Source: Mobula birostris
Lineage: Eukaryota
Length of the DNA stretch: 64,000 bases
Assembly (NCBI RefSeq): GCF_030028105.1
Contig: NC_092379.1
Coordinates: 27,273,821 to 27,337,820, forward strand
Direction: 5' to 3'
Made by a program: the position numbers and the translations under genes. Positions 38,523-51,894 of the stretch are shown here, in pieces (position 1 is the first letter of the stretch; the number at the start of each line of letters is the position of its first letter). Under the pieces are notes generated by a model, which was not told the origin of the DNA, searched no databases, and saw nothing but the letters and a program-made list of their open reading frames with translations.

Positions 38523-39732
38523 TTAAACGGAGATAAGTTAACGTGTTCAAGTTTATGAGAGCACACAGCTGAAATATGATTGCTTCATTTTGGAGATAAA
38601 TTGCGTTCTCCTTGTCAGGATTGGCCTGTCACAAAGATAAGACAGGTTTGGCACAAATCATCTTCTCCTATGTTATTTGATGCACGTCTTTCGGAGCAGC
38701 ATTGCAATTTTCAACGTACCACAAAATATCGGAACAAAACAGCAAGCAGCTGGAGTGTAAGTACAGCTCATTGACATTTCCACTTTTACTGTGGTAATTA
38801 ATATGGGTGGTTGTTGCATGACGGATTTTCCCTCTCACTCCCCACTCTCCCCCATATGTGAAAACTACAGGTAATATGGGAGTAAAAATGTATTACTCGG
38901 ACCTTGTTATGTTGGATTCGTTTACTTGTCCGTCGGCAGCTGCTAGGAAATTAATCTTCAGGGTTAGGGGAGCACACGCACTCTCCGAGCGATGCATCAA
39001 GTTTGCTGAGGGTGTAATGCTGTTGTTTGTGTAAGGTGGGTGTGCTACAGCGCAGTTGATACTGCAATTGAGCCTCAGAATATCTACGTGTCAGCTAATT
39101 ATTATTTAATCGTGATAATATTTAACTCCATAAATGTCGTTGTAGTGCTCGAAGAGACTTGGACGGAACACAGCAACGCTTCGCTACCTGTTTCTATTCG
39201 TCTTTCCCTGAGAAATTGGACTGTCTAGTCAACTAACTCAGAAGACTAGCGGTATTTGTTCAATGCTTAGATTTATTTATTTATTTATTTTTTTGCCGCA
39301 GTGTAGAGTTCGTTTTCCATTTGGGAATTTTCGTTAACGGCCCTGTTTGTCCTAGCGTTTGTGGCTTTATTTTCCATTTTAAACTGTTCGCATTAAAGTC
39401 TGTAAACTATCGACCTGCTTCAGTGCCTCTCACTCTGCACTTGGGCCAATCTGTACCTGCTAACAGGGTGACCTCGACGCTTTGTCAAATCCTTCACTGC
39501 TTCAGAATAAATGATCGATGTGTTCATTCGCACTCAGTGGCTTCTGGTTCACTCTATTCCTGGGCCCTTTGATTCATAGTAGCTGCAATGATAATTGAAA
39601 CAGGCATCAAATAAGCGTTAAACACATTATTTTCAGAAACCAGAAAAAAATACAGAAAACATTCAGCCAGTCGGCATGTAATGTCTGATGCAAGAGTGTA
39701 AATTTAAGATGTAAATATTTATTAACATGTGA

Positions 39733-39877
39733 NNNNNNNNNNNNNNNNNNNNNNNNNNNNNNNNNNNNNNNNNNNNNNNNNNNNNNNNNNNNNNNNNNNN
39801 NNNNNNNNNNNNNNNNNNNNNNNNNNNNNNNNNNNNNNNNNNNNNNNNNNNNNNNNNNNNNNNNNNNNNNNNNNNNN
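39733..39877. other. Assembly gap (N run)
   Basis: 145 N bases. Confidence 1.
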
Positions 39878-39892
39878 CTATCAATTTATATC

Positions 39893-39924
39893 TCACTCTC
39901 TCTCACAGCACGCCTACGCTCTCT

Positions 39925-39986
<62 letters not shown>

Positions 39987-39995
39987 ATTCTCTCA
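39893..39995. repeat. (CT)n microsatellite, imperfect
   Basis: Direct reading of the sequence next to the gap. Confidence 0.95.
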
Positions 39996-40671
39996 CTCTA
40001 CTCCCTTGTTTCCACCGTTTAGTAATTTTGTCGCATTGTAAGGAAAACGCAGCGGGATACCAAAAGTAGAATTCCATGGACTGCAGTGGGATCAAATTCA
40101 GGTTATATTACTGGAAAGACGCGATTACTCATTGTAGCGAGAGAGGTATGATTGGTGGTGAAGCCAATTGAAGAGCAAAGTCTTGAATTATTTCAGAATC
40201 AGACGATATAAACAAAAAAAGATGCTAGATCACAACCATTAGTACTACTATTGTAAGTCCAATGATTGAGACTGCTCACCGTGAGGCGCTTAACTGCAGA
40301 TTTTCCATGACGGGATGTGTCAGACCATACTTGGTTGTCTGAAACACCAATGTGCAGCAGTTAGTAACCGTACATTGGGGAATATGAGAGTTGAAAAGTG
40401 GATGCATGCCGCTGTTCCCTAAGGTCCGTGACTTCTATGAAACAATTCATGTTGGCTCAATTTTGATTGACCGAGATGGATCAGTGGTTGATCGTGTTAA
40501 ATATAGCAGCAAATTTATGAATCCAATGACATTTCATATTACAGTGAACATTGCGAGTTGTATACCTTTGCTCATTTCATTTGCTGCTCCTGTGCACACT
40601 TACATCTTCCTTCATTCTTTTCATACTGCAAATTTTAACGCTTTTTGGCGCCCCCTGGAGACTGATCCTCT

Positions 40672-40710
40672 GTGTTTCCCGCATCTGTATCTGTTATGAA
40701 CCAATATGTG
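40672..40710 (-). other. Degenerate 23-spacer RSS of the V pseudogene
   Basis: CACATAT + TGGTTCATAACAGATACAGATGC (23 nt) + GGGAAACAC, abutting the coding end. CAC is retained but the nonamer is poor. Confidence 0.5.
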
Positions 40711-41144
40711 CGTCATTTGACAACGATACATGGCAGAGTGGGAGATGAGCGCCCCGCCGATTCTTAAAGTTACGTGCCGACTACGTGTGTCTAATATAAT
40801 AGAAAATCTGTCTGGCAAATCGGGAGATCATTCCTTGAAACCACTGCTCAATTTCTTCATTTAAATTTCGGCGCTGTCCCGGGAAACTGATTGTACCAGA
40901 AAGAAGTATCGTTCTCGTCAGCTGCAGAATCGTGGCACATGAGCGTTCGGATGTACATTTCCTCAGCCACAAGTTGAGGCCGTTTCTGGGATACTGGATC
41001 TTCGCCACAAGGTCCTGGAAGGAAGCGGGACAGGATTAGTAGTCTGAGGGTAAATCAAAGCCAAGGGGCGCAGATCGGCGTCATAATTTTAGACACACCT
41101 AGAAGGAAGAGAATTACTACCACGACAAGATGTGCGAAATACAT
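40711..41144 (-). pseudogene. TCR-type V pseudogene (family B) with intact leader and splice sites
   Basis: Leader 41144-41099 MYFAHLVVVVILFLL-G|GT, 84-bp intron, and exon from 41014 GPCGEDPVSQ..TLMCH..SFWYNQFPGTAPKFK* (TGA 40859-40857). After a frameshift it reads PDLPDRFSIILD..TLRIGGALISHSAMYRC. Confidence 0.88.
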
Positions 41145-41254
41145 GGTGTTCTCCTGAAAGCTGATATCTTCACCCGTGCAAGTCCATGTGTAAAAACATA
41201 CAGCTCAAATCTGGTTGATTTATTTTGCAGAAAGTTGTCCGTCTTCGAGTTTAG

Positions 41255-41315
41255 GATAGTCCTGTCACAAAGATTAGACTGCTTTGGCACAAATGACATT
41301 CGCCTACGTCATCTG
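41255..41315 (-). promoter_or_regulatory. Putative family-B V promoter block with CRE-like TGACGTAG (41311-41304) and CTTTGTG (41272-41266)
   Basis: cctgtcacaaagat.agac..tttggcacaaat is conserved with 38625-38660 upstream of the other family-B V. Confidence 0.45.
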
Positions 41316-41759
41316 CGGCACATCATTCGGATGTCTTGTGTGCACAGAATTCGCGTTTAAGTCGCCTTACCATTGTATTCAAGGCATTAATTCTGACACT
41401 ATGTTCACGACCATTGCCGAAGAACAATTCGTAATTTTATCTTCAGCGTTAGGACAACCCACGAGCAGTCTTAGCGATGCATCTGTTTGCTGAAGATTTA
41501 CTGTCGTAGTTTGTGTACCTTGGGAGATTTGAATGTTTGGTCCAATCAATGATTGATATGCTTATTCGTAATCTGTGTACTCTGTCTCACTCACAAACCC
41601 GTGCCCCTGCTTCGACAATAGAGGTCTGCTATGAGCAATGAAACGTGCAGCGGCTGACACAATATATTCAGTAAAGCTCAGAAAACACTCAACTGGTCAG
41701 TAGGGAATGTCTGGTGCAAAATCTAAATTTAAGATTTGTATTGTATTTAAAATTTGAGT

Positions 41760-42490
41760 TAACTGTTGTCGAGACGAGCTAAGGCACCGGTGACTTCCGT
41801 TTCTAACCAGGCGGTCAGTGTGAACATGTTGGAGAATTACAAATACTTGGGGATACGAATTGACAATAAACTGGACTGGTCAAAGAACACTGAGGCTGTC
41901 TACAGGAAGGGTCAGCGCCGTCTCTATTTCCTGAGGAGACTGAGGTTGTTTAACATCTGGCGGACGATGCTCAGGATGTTCTACGAGTCTGTGTTGGCCA
42001 GTGCTATCATGTTTGCTGTTGTGTGCTGGGGCAGCAAGCTAAGGGTAGCAGACAGCAACAGAATCAACAAACTTATTCGTAAGGCCAGTGATGTTGTGGG
42101 GATGGAATTGGACTCTCTCACAGTGGTGTCTAAAAAGAGGATGTTGTCTAAGTTGCATACCATCTTGGTCAATGTCTCCCATCCACTACATAATGTACTG
42201 GATGGGCACAGGAGTACATTCAGCCAGAGACTCATTCCTCAGAGATGCAGCACCGAGCGTCATAGGAAGTCATTCCTGCCTGTGGCTATCAAACTTTACA
42301 ACTCCTCCCTTGGAGGGTCAGACACCCTGAGCCGATGGGCTGGTCCTGGACTTATTTAATACTTTACTGGCATAATTTACATATTACTATTCAATAGTTT
42401 ATGGTTCTATTACTATTTATTATTATGGTGCAACTGTACGAAAATCAATTTCCCCCTGTGATCAATAAAGTATCACTATGGCTATGACTG
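41760..42490 (+). mobile_element. Rex1/Babar-like LINE 3' fragment
   Basis: ORF 41766..42359: YKYLGIRIDNKLDWSKNT..QRRLYFLRRL..FYESVLASAIMFAVVCWGS..RKSFLPVAIKLYN. Confidence 0.85.
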
Positions 42491-42999
42491 TTTCTCCCTT
42501 TCCCCTTCTCTCTCTCTCTCTCTCTCTCCCCCCCCCACCCTGTCCCTCTCTCTCCTTCTCTTTCTCTCTCTCTCTGATTCTGTATATCTCTTTCTTTTAG
42601 TCACTCACTCGGTCACTTACACCTTAAAAATTCCCACAGCGATCCATCCCTGCGCTTTTTATCACAGATCACAGATGGAGACTATCCACTTGCATTTACA
42701 CAGAAAAATAGAAAACCTGCAGCACACAAGCCCTTCGGCCCACAAAGCAGAGGCGAACATGCCATACTTTACAAATTCTCTCGGGCTGCCTACAGCTCTC
42801 TATTTGTTCTAAGCTCCTTGTACCAATCCAGTAGCCTTTTAAAAAACCCTATCGTTTCCTCCTGCAAAACCGCCACCGGCGGCAACTCTGTCTCTATTTC
42901 TCGCATTGAAGTGCAAGAGTTGTTAATGACATTGCACGAAATTTCTTCCCCATTCTTTTTATTTATAGGAAAACATATTTTAATATCTCCGATTGCAAT

Positions 43000-43720
43000 G
43001 CGTTCAGGAAAACAGATTCAGGACATATTTTTTATTGATTTGAATCTTCTTTATTTTATACATTCTTTACATACATAAGGAATAAAAATCATTACGTTAT
43101 ATCTCCATTTAGATGTACAATGTGCAATCTTAGTAATATATAATAATTTATAATAAACAGAATTGTCATAGTAACATGGAAATACACTCGTCAGAGTGAG
43201 TTATTCAGTCTGATGGGCTCCTGGAAGAAGCTGTCCCGGAGCCTGTTTGTCCGGGATTTTCTGCTGCGCTACCATTTCCCAGATGGTTGCAGCTATAATA
43301 GATTATTTTGGGGTGACTGTGGTCCCTGATTATCCTTCGAGCCCTTTATCACATCTGTCCTTGTAAATGTCCCGAATCATGGGAAGTTCACAGCTACAGA
43401 TTCTCTGGGTTGTCCGCAGCACTCTCTGCCGAATACTGTGATCAAGGGAGGTACAGATACCCTGCCAGGAAGTGATCCAGACAGTTAGGATGCTCTTAGT
43501 TGTACTCCTGTATAAAGGTCTTAGGATTTGGGGCCCATAACAAGCTTTCTCAACCCGTCTGACGTTGAAGAAGAGATGACTTCTTCCCTGTAGGTCAACA
43601 CTTCATTTTTTGAGATTAGGCTGATCTGTGTAGTGTTGTCGGCAAATTTGGTTAGCAGATTAGCGCTGTAGGTGGCGACACATTCATGGGTATACAGGGA
43701 GTAAAGGAGGATACTTAGTA
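43000..43720 (-). mobile_element. Rex1/Babar-like LINE fragment
   Basis: LYSLYTHECVATYSANLLTKFADNTT (ORF 43521..43799); 3' tail similar to that at 20945. Confidence 0.65.
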
Positions 43721-44035
43721 TGAAAGGCGAATCAAATGACATATCTGGAGGCAACTTATCTTTGACACGCTGCATTTCACCAGCCGCTGCCTTCTCCAAC
43801 TGGACTCACCAAACCATATTCCGCTTCATAGAGCAGCATGTTCTCTCTGCTCTGTTTCCATGGATTGTTGGAATTATGCTATAATTCAAACCGTTGAGAA
43901 TGCACTCCCGTGAGATCTCGAGGGTTCTTAGACAGGATGTTTCTACGCACCTGCTTTTTTGCTGACAGCATTTTTGGCATTATAATGCAGATACACAAGA
44001 CTGTTTTAGAGAAGATAACTCAATAGAGAATATAT

Positions 44036-45968
44036 AATAGACAATAGATGCAGGGGACGGCCATTCGGCCCTTCGAGCTAGCACCGCTATTCACTGTGAT
44101 CATGGCTGATCATTCACAATCAGTACCCCGTTCCCGCCGTCTCCCCATATCCCTTGACTCCGTTATCATTAAGAGCTCTATCTAACACTTTCTTGAAAAC
44201 ATCCAGAGAATTGGCCTCCACTGCCTTCTGAGGCAGAGCCTTCCACAGATCAACAACTCTCTGGGGGAATCTTTTATTTCCTCTACTCCGTTCTAAATGG
44301 CCTATCCCTTATTCTCAAATTGTGGCCTCTGGTTCTGGACTCCCGCAACATCGGGGACATGCTTCCTGCCTATAGCGTGTCTAATCCCTTAATAAACTTA
44401 CATGTTTCAATCAGATCCCCTCTCATGCTTCTAAATTCCAGTGTATGCAAGTCCAGTCGCTCCAATCTTATAACATATGACAGTCCCGCCATTCCAGGAA
44501 TTATGCTGCTGAACATCCACTGCACTCACTCAATAGCAAAAATGTCCTTCCTCAAAGTTGAGAACAAAACTGTACACAATAATCCAGGTATGGTCTCGCC
44601 AGGGCCCTGTACAACTGCAAAAAGGACCTCTTTGTTCCTATACTCAACTCTCCTTGTTATGAAGACCAACATGCCATTAGCTTTCTTCACTGCCTGATGT
44701 ACCTGCATACTTACTTTCAGGACTGATGAACGAGGACGACTAGAGCTCGTTGTACTTCTCATTTTCCGAAATTGAGAACATTCAAATAATAATCTGCCTT
44801 TCTGTTCTTGCCACCAAAGTGGATAACCTCACATTTATCCACAATAAACTGCATCTGCTATGCATCTGCCTACTCACCCAACCTTTCCAAGTCATCCTGC
44901 ATTATCTCAACATCCTCCGCACATTTCAGACTGCCACCCAGCTTTGCGCCATCTGCTAATGTTACTTTTAATCTCTCCTTCTAAATCATTAATGTATATT
45001 GTAAATAGCTGCGGTCGCAGTGCCGAGCCTTGTCGTACCCCACTGATCAACGCCTGCTATTCTCAAAGGGACCCGTTAACCCTTATTGTTTATTTCCGGT
45101 CTGCCAACCGGTTTTCTATCCATGTCAATGCCCTACCCCAATACCACATGCTCTAATTTTGCCCAATAATCTCCTATGTGGCACCTTATCAAAGGCTTTC
45201 TGAAAGTCCAGGTACACTACAACCACTGGCTCTGCCTTGTCCATTTTCATAGTTACATGCTCAAAATATTCCAGCAGCAGGGTCAAGCATGCTTTCCCCT
45301 TCATAAATCCATGCTGGCTCGGACCGACCCCTTTACTGCTATCCAAATCTTCCACTATTTCATCTTTTATAATTGATTCCAGCATCTTCCCCACCACTGA
45401 TGTCAGGCTAACTGATCTATTAATCCTTGTTTTCTCTCTCCCTCCTTTCTTAAAAAGTGGGATAACATTAGCCACCCTCCACTCCTCAGGAACATATTCT
45501 GAATCTATAAAATATTGGAAAAAAATACCAATGCGTCCACGATTTCTAGAGCCACCTCCTTCATAACCTTGGGGTGCAGAACATCAGGCCTTGGGGATTT
45601 ATCAGTCTTCAGTCCCATCAGTCAATCCAACACCATTTTCTGCCTAATGTGAATCTCCTTCAGTTCCTCCGTTGCCATAGGTCCTCCGGCCACTATTACA
45701 TCTGGGAGATTATTTGTGTACACCCTAGTGAAGACAGATCCAAATTACCTGTTCAACTTGTCTGCCATTTCCTTGTTCCCCATAATAAATTCATCCGTTT
45801 CTGTCTTCAGGGGCCCAACGTTGGTCTTAACTATTTTTTTTTTCTTTTTCACATACCGAAAGAGGCTTTTCCTATCCTCCTTTACATTTTTGGCTAGCTT
45901 GCCTTCGCATCTCTTCTTTTCTCACCGTATTGCCTTTTTAGGTATCTACTGTTGCTCTTTAAAAGTTT
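44036..45968 (-). mobile_element. CR1 LINE ORF2 fragment
   Basis: ANVIPLFKKG..VYLDFQKAFDKVPHRRLL (ORF 45125..45475); tagacaa tail repeats at ~44036. Confidence 0.9.
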
Positions 45969-47399
45969 CCCAAAGGCAATACATGGCATTGATGGAGATA
46001 ATGACATTTGATGTACCGTTCTGATCAGGCATCCCTTTATCTTTAACCCGTGAATACCAAAGGTCCCGTTACACTTTGAATGAGCATCGTGGCATTGCGT
46101 TGAAATTTTTTTCTGTCTTTGTCGTTTCTTGACACTATCTGTTATTAAAGGATGAAGTCAGCATTTATTACTCGATGGGCCTTTGGACCGTCGTTAGAAT
46201 TATGAACACCTGCAAGTGCCTGTAGAATTCTGATATGTCGGGCCTCCTCATTATATCAGCTCTCAGCGAAACGTCTTCTCATACCGAGATTGATGAGTGT
46301 GAGATCATTAAGGGTATTAATGTTGATTACGGTAATTTCTTACATTTACTTTTGTTAGAATGGGGTAGCACAGAATCAATGCAAAATTCAGACGTCGAAT
46401 CTACGACAACACAACGGCAAAAACACACTGACAGCATTAGAACTCAGAAAACAGAGCAATTTAAGTATTAGATATCTGTGGTTCGATTGCAAATAATCTA
46501 AACAAAGATTTCATAACACAATTATATGCAAGGTTACAGCCACGCTGAATTTAAGAACTACCGATACCTCCAACAGTGATCAAGTTGTGGCAGGAAAAAG
46601 GTACAGTTGGCGGTTTCTGACTTGTCTCTGCAAACATGGATTCACTAGGTGGCTGTCTCGATTCGAAGATTTCGGTGAAATATGACGATTGGGTCTACTT
46701 GCTTGAAACGATTGGAATTAAAGGGTACACACACGGAAGTATATCAGATAAAAAGGCACAATTCAAGTGTCGTGTAAAATACATTTGCATAGCTTGCACA
46801 TTCTTGACGGAAACAGAAGAGGGTGCAGTATTAATTTGTGAGGAAATAAGTTTAAAGGCGAATTGCACCATAAGAGTTTCTTCATCTACAAAGAACATGG
46901 TTAATATCTCTAAATCGCAGTGAGAGAGGGTGATATAAAGTGGTGCAACTTCTGTAGTTAAGGTAGTTAATTTGGCAAAGGAACGAACATAGTAGATGGA
47001 GTTGGGAGAGAATGACATAAAAACGTTTGTCTGATCGTGAGGGGCTGAAGTTACAGTTTATTTGCTGTAGTTTGCTTGGAGTCTCTGTGTCTTATGAAAT
47101 TTTGCCAACTTAATTTATGTACAATGAAAACTTGAATCACGCCCAGCCGTCCTGGAATGAACTGGAACTTTAGAACTTCCTCCGTGCAGCTTGTCTCTTC
47201 AACATCGTCTGCAATGGCTGGTTTACCTCCTAAAGATGGTACCAGTCTGATAGCTTTGGACTTTACAAAGAGAAAGAAAATCCACTCCGTTATTTAGTGC
47301 GAGATTATATGAAGGAATTTCTGATCATACCGTCTTTGCCGTTGAGTCTTATATACAGCCCAATCGTTAGTTCTGAGGAAGTAACTTATGGGCGGTCTC

Positions 47400-47639
47400 C
47401 CCCAATCTGCCAACTTTCAGTTGATTGGCTGTGTTGAGGAACAAAGCATTTGTACAGGATTGGAAGAGTTCATAAAATGAGTTGATTGGTGGACTATGAG
47501 AAGCTAAGAGCGGCACATTAAGTTGATAAGACCAATAGCATTTTAACAAACGAGCGTGCACGCCTGACGAACCACAGATTAAACTTGTTTGAGAATAACA
47601 TTGGTTCGTTACAAATTCATAGTGAACGGATACACAGGC
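47400..47639 (+). promoter_or_regulatory. Putative V-gene promoter: inverted CCAAT (47424-47428), AACAAAG (47440-47446), direct CCAAT (47532-47536)
   Basis: Conserved in sequence and relative position with 27280-27501. Confidence 0.6.
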
Positions 47640-47685
47640 ATGCGGGTCCTACATTTCTTCCTTATTGCTGCAGCGATTCTGATTG
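47640..47685 (+). CDS. Leader exon of TCR alpha/delta-like V gene 2 (MRVLHFFLIAAAILI-G)
   Basis: 46-nt hydrophobic leader with donor G|GTAAGA, followed by a 201-bp intron. Confidence 0.88.
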
Positions 47686-47886
47686 GTAAGATTCTCGACA
47701 TATTGTATACCGTCGTTCTCACCATGCTGAACAGAATAATTTATCACTAAATATCAGTAACCCAACATTTATCATGGGATGAAAGGATTTGGGAGTACGA
47801 AAGTAACAAGTTTTGATTCGGAGTTATGCGAGCAGAATATTGATATTACTTGATTGAAATTTTAATTTTTTTTTGTACTATAACAG

Positions 47887-48193
47887 GACATTGCCGAGGC
47901 GACGCTGTTTATCAGTCACCTGATGTTATCAAAGTTGCAGAAGGTGAAGTTGCAGTGTTAAATTGTAACTATACAGCTACAAGCACGACCACCCCCGTAT
48001 TCATCTGGTACCGTCAGAATCCCGGAGGTTCTTTGGAGTTGCTTTTGGTCCGTTCGAAATTCGACAACCAACTAGAGAATATGCCCCGACAACGGTTCAC
48101 GGCGCAGGTGAATGATTCGAGCAGAACTGTCCCACTGACAGTATCGAAAACAAATCTAGGAGACACTGCCAGGTATTACTGTGCTCTGAACTC
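47887..48193 (+). CDS. V exon of TCR alpha/delta-like V gene 2, open reading frame
   Basis: Acceptor tataacAG. Reads GHCRGDAVYQSP..VAVLNCNYT..FIWYRQNPGG..QRFTAQVNDSSRTVPLTVSKTNLGDTARYYCALN, with no stops. Confidence 0.94.
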
Positions 48194-48232
48194 CACAGGG
48201 GTACAGAACTAGTCGGAACCTGTACAATAACT
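48194..48232 (+). other. Recombination signal sequence, 23-bp spacer
   Basis: CACAGGG + GTACAGAACTAGTCGGAACCTGT (23 nt) + ACAATAACT. Confidence 0.92.
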
Positions 48233-49084
48233 AGTTTAATTCTCTAGTGGCTGCTCATTGTAACTGCCTCTTTCTGAGCCTCTGTAGGTCCTAGGTCGAT
48301 CAGTATATGTCGCAATTTCAATATATTTCCTGAGATTGTTATCCAATAGATTGAGTCGCCTTCAGCCTATTACTCTTCTATCTGTTCCAGTGCTGATGTG
48401 GCCACCAAAATCCAATCTCTAGGCTTTCACACGACAAAGGAAACGACGACCTTCCATTATTTTTTTTTTCTCTCTCTCACCATTTCGATGAAGAGCCTCT
48501 TTCCCTTGCATTGGGGTGGATGAGGATTCTGGAGTGAAATGTTGTTTATTCCCCAATGTACTACTGTGTTAAAATCTGACACTTTCCGCAAGTTAATATC
48601 ACGTGCAGTTTTTAACATGAAAACTTATTGTTTTATTTGTTCTACTCTTTTTTTAATGCAAAGCTATGCCACAGCGCCCTCGCATGGTTTACTAAGTAAC
48701 TGCATGCTAACATTATCGCGGTGTTCACAACAATCACAAAGAACAATTAGCTGGGTGCTTTTGTACAGGACGAAATTGAATGCTAATTTACCGCTTGCCC
48801 TCACTGAGCCAATCGAGGAAGATGTAGTTTACAGAGAGAGCTTTACTTCTTCATTCCGCAGAATTGCACAGCTAACATCTCTCGTTTCAGGAAATAACAT
48901 TAACACCATTCATAACACCATACAAAAAAGTGTGTGTGATGAGTAACATAAATACTGTGGACAATTTAACGAGGAACGGGTAGTGTGAACACCGAACGCT
49001 TTTTCATGAAAAAAATATAGGTTAATGGCAAGGGTTGCAAAGTGTCAGTGATATGAGCAGTTGAGATCTGTTGATATGTACAGT

Positions 49085-49620
49085 CAAGTCCACAGATTTT
49101 CTAATCTCCAGATCAATAAAAAAAACCTCCTTACATTCTTCCTCTTGCCTGTCAAATACTCCACCATCCATGCCAGTATCTTTCCTGTAACGACATATGA
49201 ATTCATATTGATAATCAGTTGCATGCGTTCAGTTATCAAACGACTTCTGATAATCGAGGTAAATGACATTCACTTCCTCTCTTTTCAAAAACTTCCTTGC
49301 TGCTTCCTCGAAGACTCTAACAGGTTTGTCAAGCAGGATTTCCCTTTGCAGACACCATGCAGACTTTGACTTATTTTATCATTAGGTTCCAAGTACCTCA
49401 AACCCACATCTTCAAAACAGACTCCAACACCTTCCCAGCAAAATACGTTAGGGTAGCTGGTCGACAATTCTGTCCTTTAACTTCCTCCCTTCTCATAGAG
49501 TGAAGTAATATTTTCAATCTTCCAGTCGTCCTCGACCCTGCCAGAATGATGCCATTCTTGAAAGATCATGATCAATGCTTCCGTTATCTCCTTATGCTAC
49601 ATTAGCTTCAACCGCTCCCA
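49085..49620 (-). mobile_element. CR1 ORF2 fragment
   Basis: HGVCKGKSCLTNLLE (ORF 49285..49467) and SYVVTGKILAWMVEYLTG (ORF 49084..49269). Confidence 0.75.
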
Positions 49621-51894
49621 ACAGCTGCAGTAAATCTGCCAGCAAAAATATTAGCTCCCTGATATTCAAATTTATGCTGTCCCTTTTGTACGTGTCCCAC
49701 TTGCCCCGCATGAGGTCTCAATAATTATCCAGAATTGTTAATCCATGTCCTTTGCTCCAAAATCTTTAGCCACGCATTTATATGCCACCTCATTATATTC
49801 CTATCCCCCCCCCGTTGCTTTACTTAGAAAGCAATCCCGTGATTAATACCCTTGAGGTGCTGTTCCTAAGCTCCATCCTAACTCACTCTATTCATTTTCA
49901 TGACCTCCTGCTTTTTTTCTTCCTATGTCGTTGGTACTAATGTATACCACGCTTCTGGTAGCACATTTCCGCACTCCCCACCCCCCGCCCCAATCCTTTC
50001 AGGATGTTATGCATCCTGGCATCTGAGAAGCAAACGACCAGTAGGGTTTCATACTTGCATCCTCTGAATCCTACCACTCCGCACCATAGAATCCACTATA
50101 TCTGATGACACCCTCTGAAGTTCCCTATTCTTCTGAGCCAAATGACCATACACAGTGCCAGGGATCACCACCCAATCCCCAATAGTAATCAAAATGGAGG
50201 ATTTGAGGGGGTCGGTAACTGGGTTTCACTCCATTATCTCAGGTTCCACCTGTTCTCTCCTGACAGTCACTCAGGGTGACTATCTCTCTGTGACTCCTGT
50301 CAACAACTGTCGCACTTAACCTTACAAGTCGAAGGTCATCGATATGCACCTCCAAATAAGTCCAAATAACAAAAACCCAGGCTCGTTGTCGGCGAGCATA
50401 TACTCGTTTTTTTTTTTTTTTTTTATGTTAATGTTGTGCGCTGCGGTACTCCTGATCGCACACCTTGAGGTCTCTGTTTCAATCGATTCAATACATCTGA
50501 ATGTACGCACACGGACCATTCATTATCATTACGGGTGCCTCATTTCTCATCAGATGCCTAACCAATCTATTCACATTTGCCCAGGGTTGATTCATATTCC
50601 TTCAAGCATTCTAGGTCCACTTGCCTGCACGACTGACGACTGTTGTTTTATATATATATATATATAATTCTTTTTTTTTTTTTATTTTAAACTGCCTCAG
50701 ACACTTTACGTTGCGGCTCATACAATAGACAAAGTATACACACTTAGTGTAAAAGAGGACTTTCAAAATTGTGCTACCACGATTCCTTTATGTTTTCCAC
50801 TTACCCAATTCTGATTCCCAATAGTAAGGACCAAGAATAAGGGCGTTAATCCTGTCAGTAGCCCATCATTTCTTATTCTCCCACACTCGAAGGAAAAAGT
50901 TTGAAATTGATCAAGCTCTCCGTAACCCAGTCTCGCGTGTGTTCGAAACTACTTTGTAGCTATTTTATGTTTTATTTCATCATGACTTGTAGCATTCATG
51001 TTCTGATAGTACACAGAACATGATACATTATGTGGTTTTATATTTTTACCTTGTGTTCCTTGCAATAGGTCCGGACGCTGCACAAATTACACTCGGAATT
51101 TCACCAAGTCACGTCTGGAACACATATAAATCTGGATTAATTCATGTTAAAACAAATCAGTTCTGCACACAAGTTTAATCAAATGTGCATATCATACGAT
51201 TTGAAAGGTATTCCATACTCTGCTACACTTCTCACTAATGCAGACATGCAGCATTTGCAGTACATAACACATCATGAATTGTCAAACTGCAGTTAATAAC
51301 AGCTCAGGCTACTCTGATACCTCACACATTCAGCCAGTGAAGGACTCGTGGAGGAAAAAAAAAACTCTGCCCCCACAATCAGCTAAAGTAGTCCTGACTG
51401 CAACCTGGAACCCCACAAGTCTAGAACTTAAGTATTGCATAACAATTATAATCATGTGCTGTGGTCGATCGCCAAGTAGAGTGAAGCATGGAGAAAAGGA
51501 TCTGAGAAAATAAGGGAGCAAATGCATAGCAGAGATGGCTGCAAATAGATAAACTAAATCAAAAACGTTTTCAATGCGAATGGCATCTCATTTCGATGTA
51601 TTAAACCCACATACTGAATACCTAAATACTGAATAATTAAAGGCGAACGAAGTGTATAAGCGGCCCCACCAGATACATCAATGGGAAATCGCTTTATTTT
51701 GGTGACAGGACGAATTGATTTGAATGCCAATCTTTGGACAGCTGTAAATACACACAATGGGTAATCTGCCTCTTATGTTCTGCCTGAGGTCTTCCGATTT
51801 GGAAACTATTTCCCTCACACAAAATCATGGATGTCCGTGCGCGTTTACATGGATGTCTTTCCATCAGTCTCTGTAATATTTTGATGGATGCCCA

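Larger units (their letters stand above)
45975..49080 (+). repeat. Segmental duplication copy B around the second V gene (paralog 24660-32750)
   Basis: Colinear similarity with copy A once the two CR1 insertions in copy A are removed. Confidence 0.88.

Noticed and set aside
39663-40022. ORFs containing X runs and SLSLSL
   Set aside because: Artefacts of the N gap and the (CT)n microsatellite.
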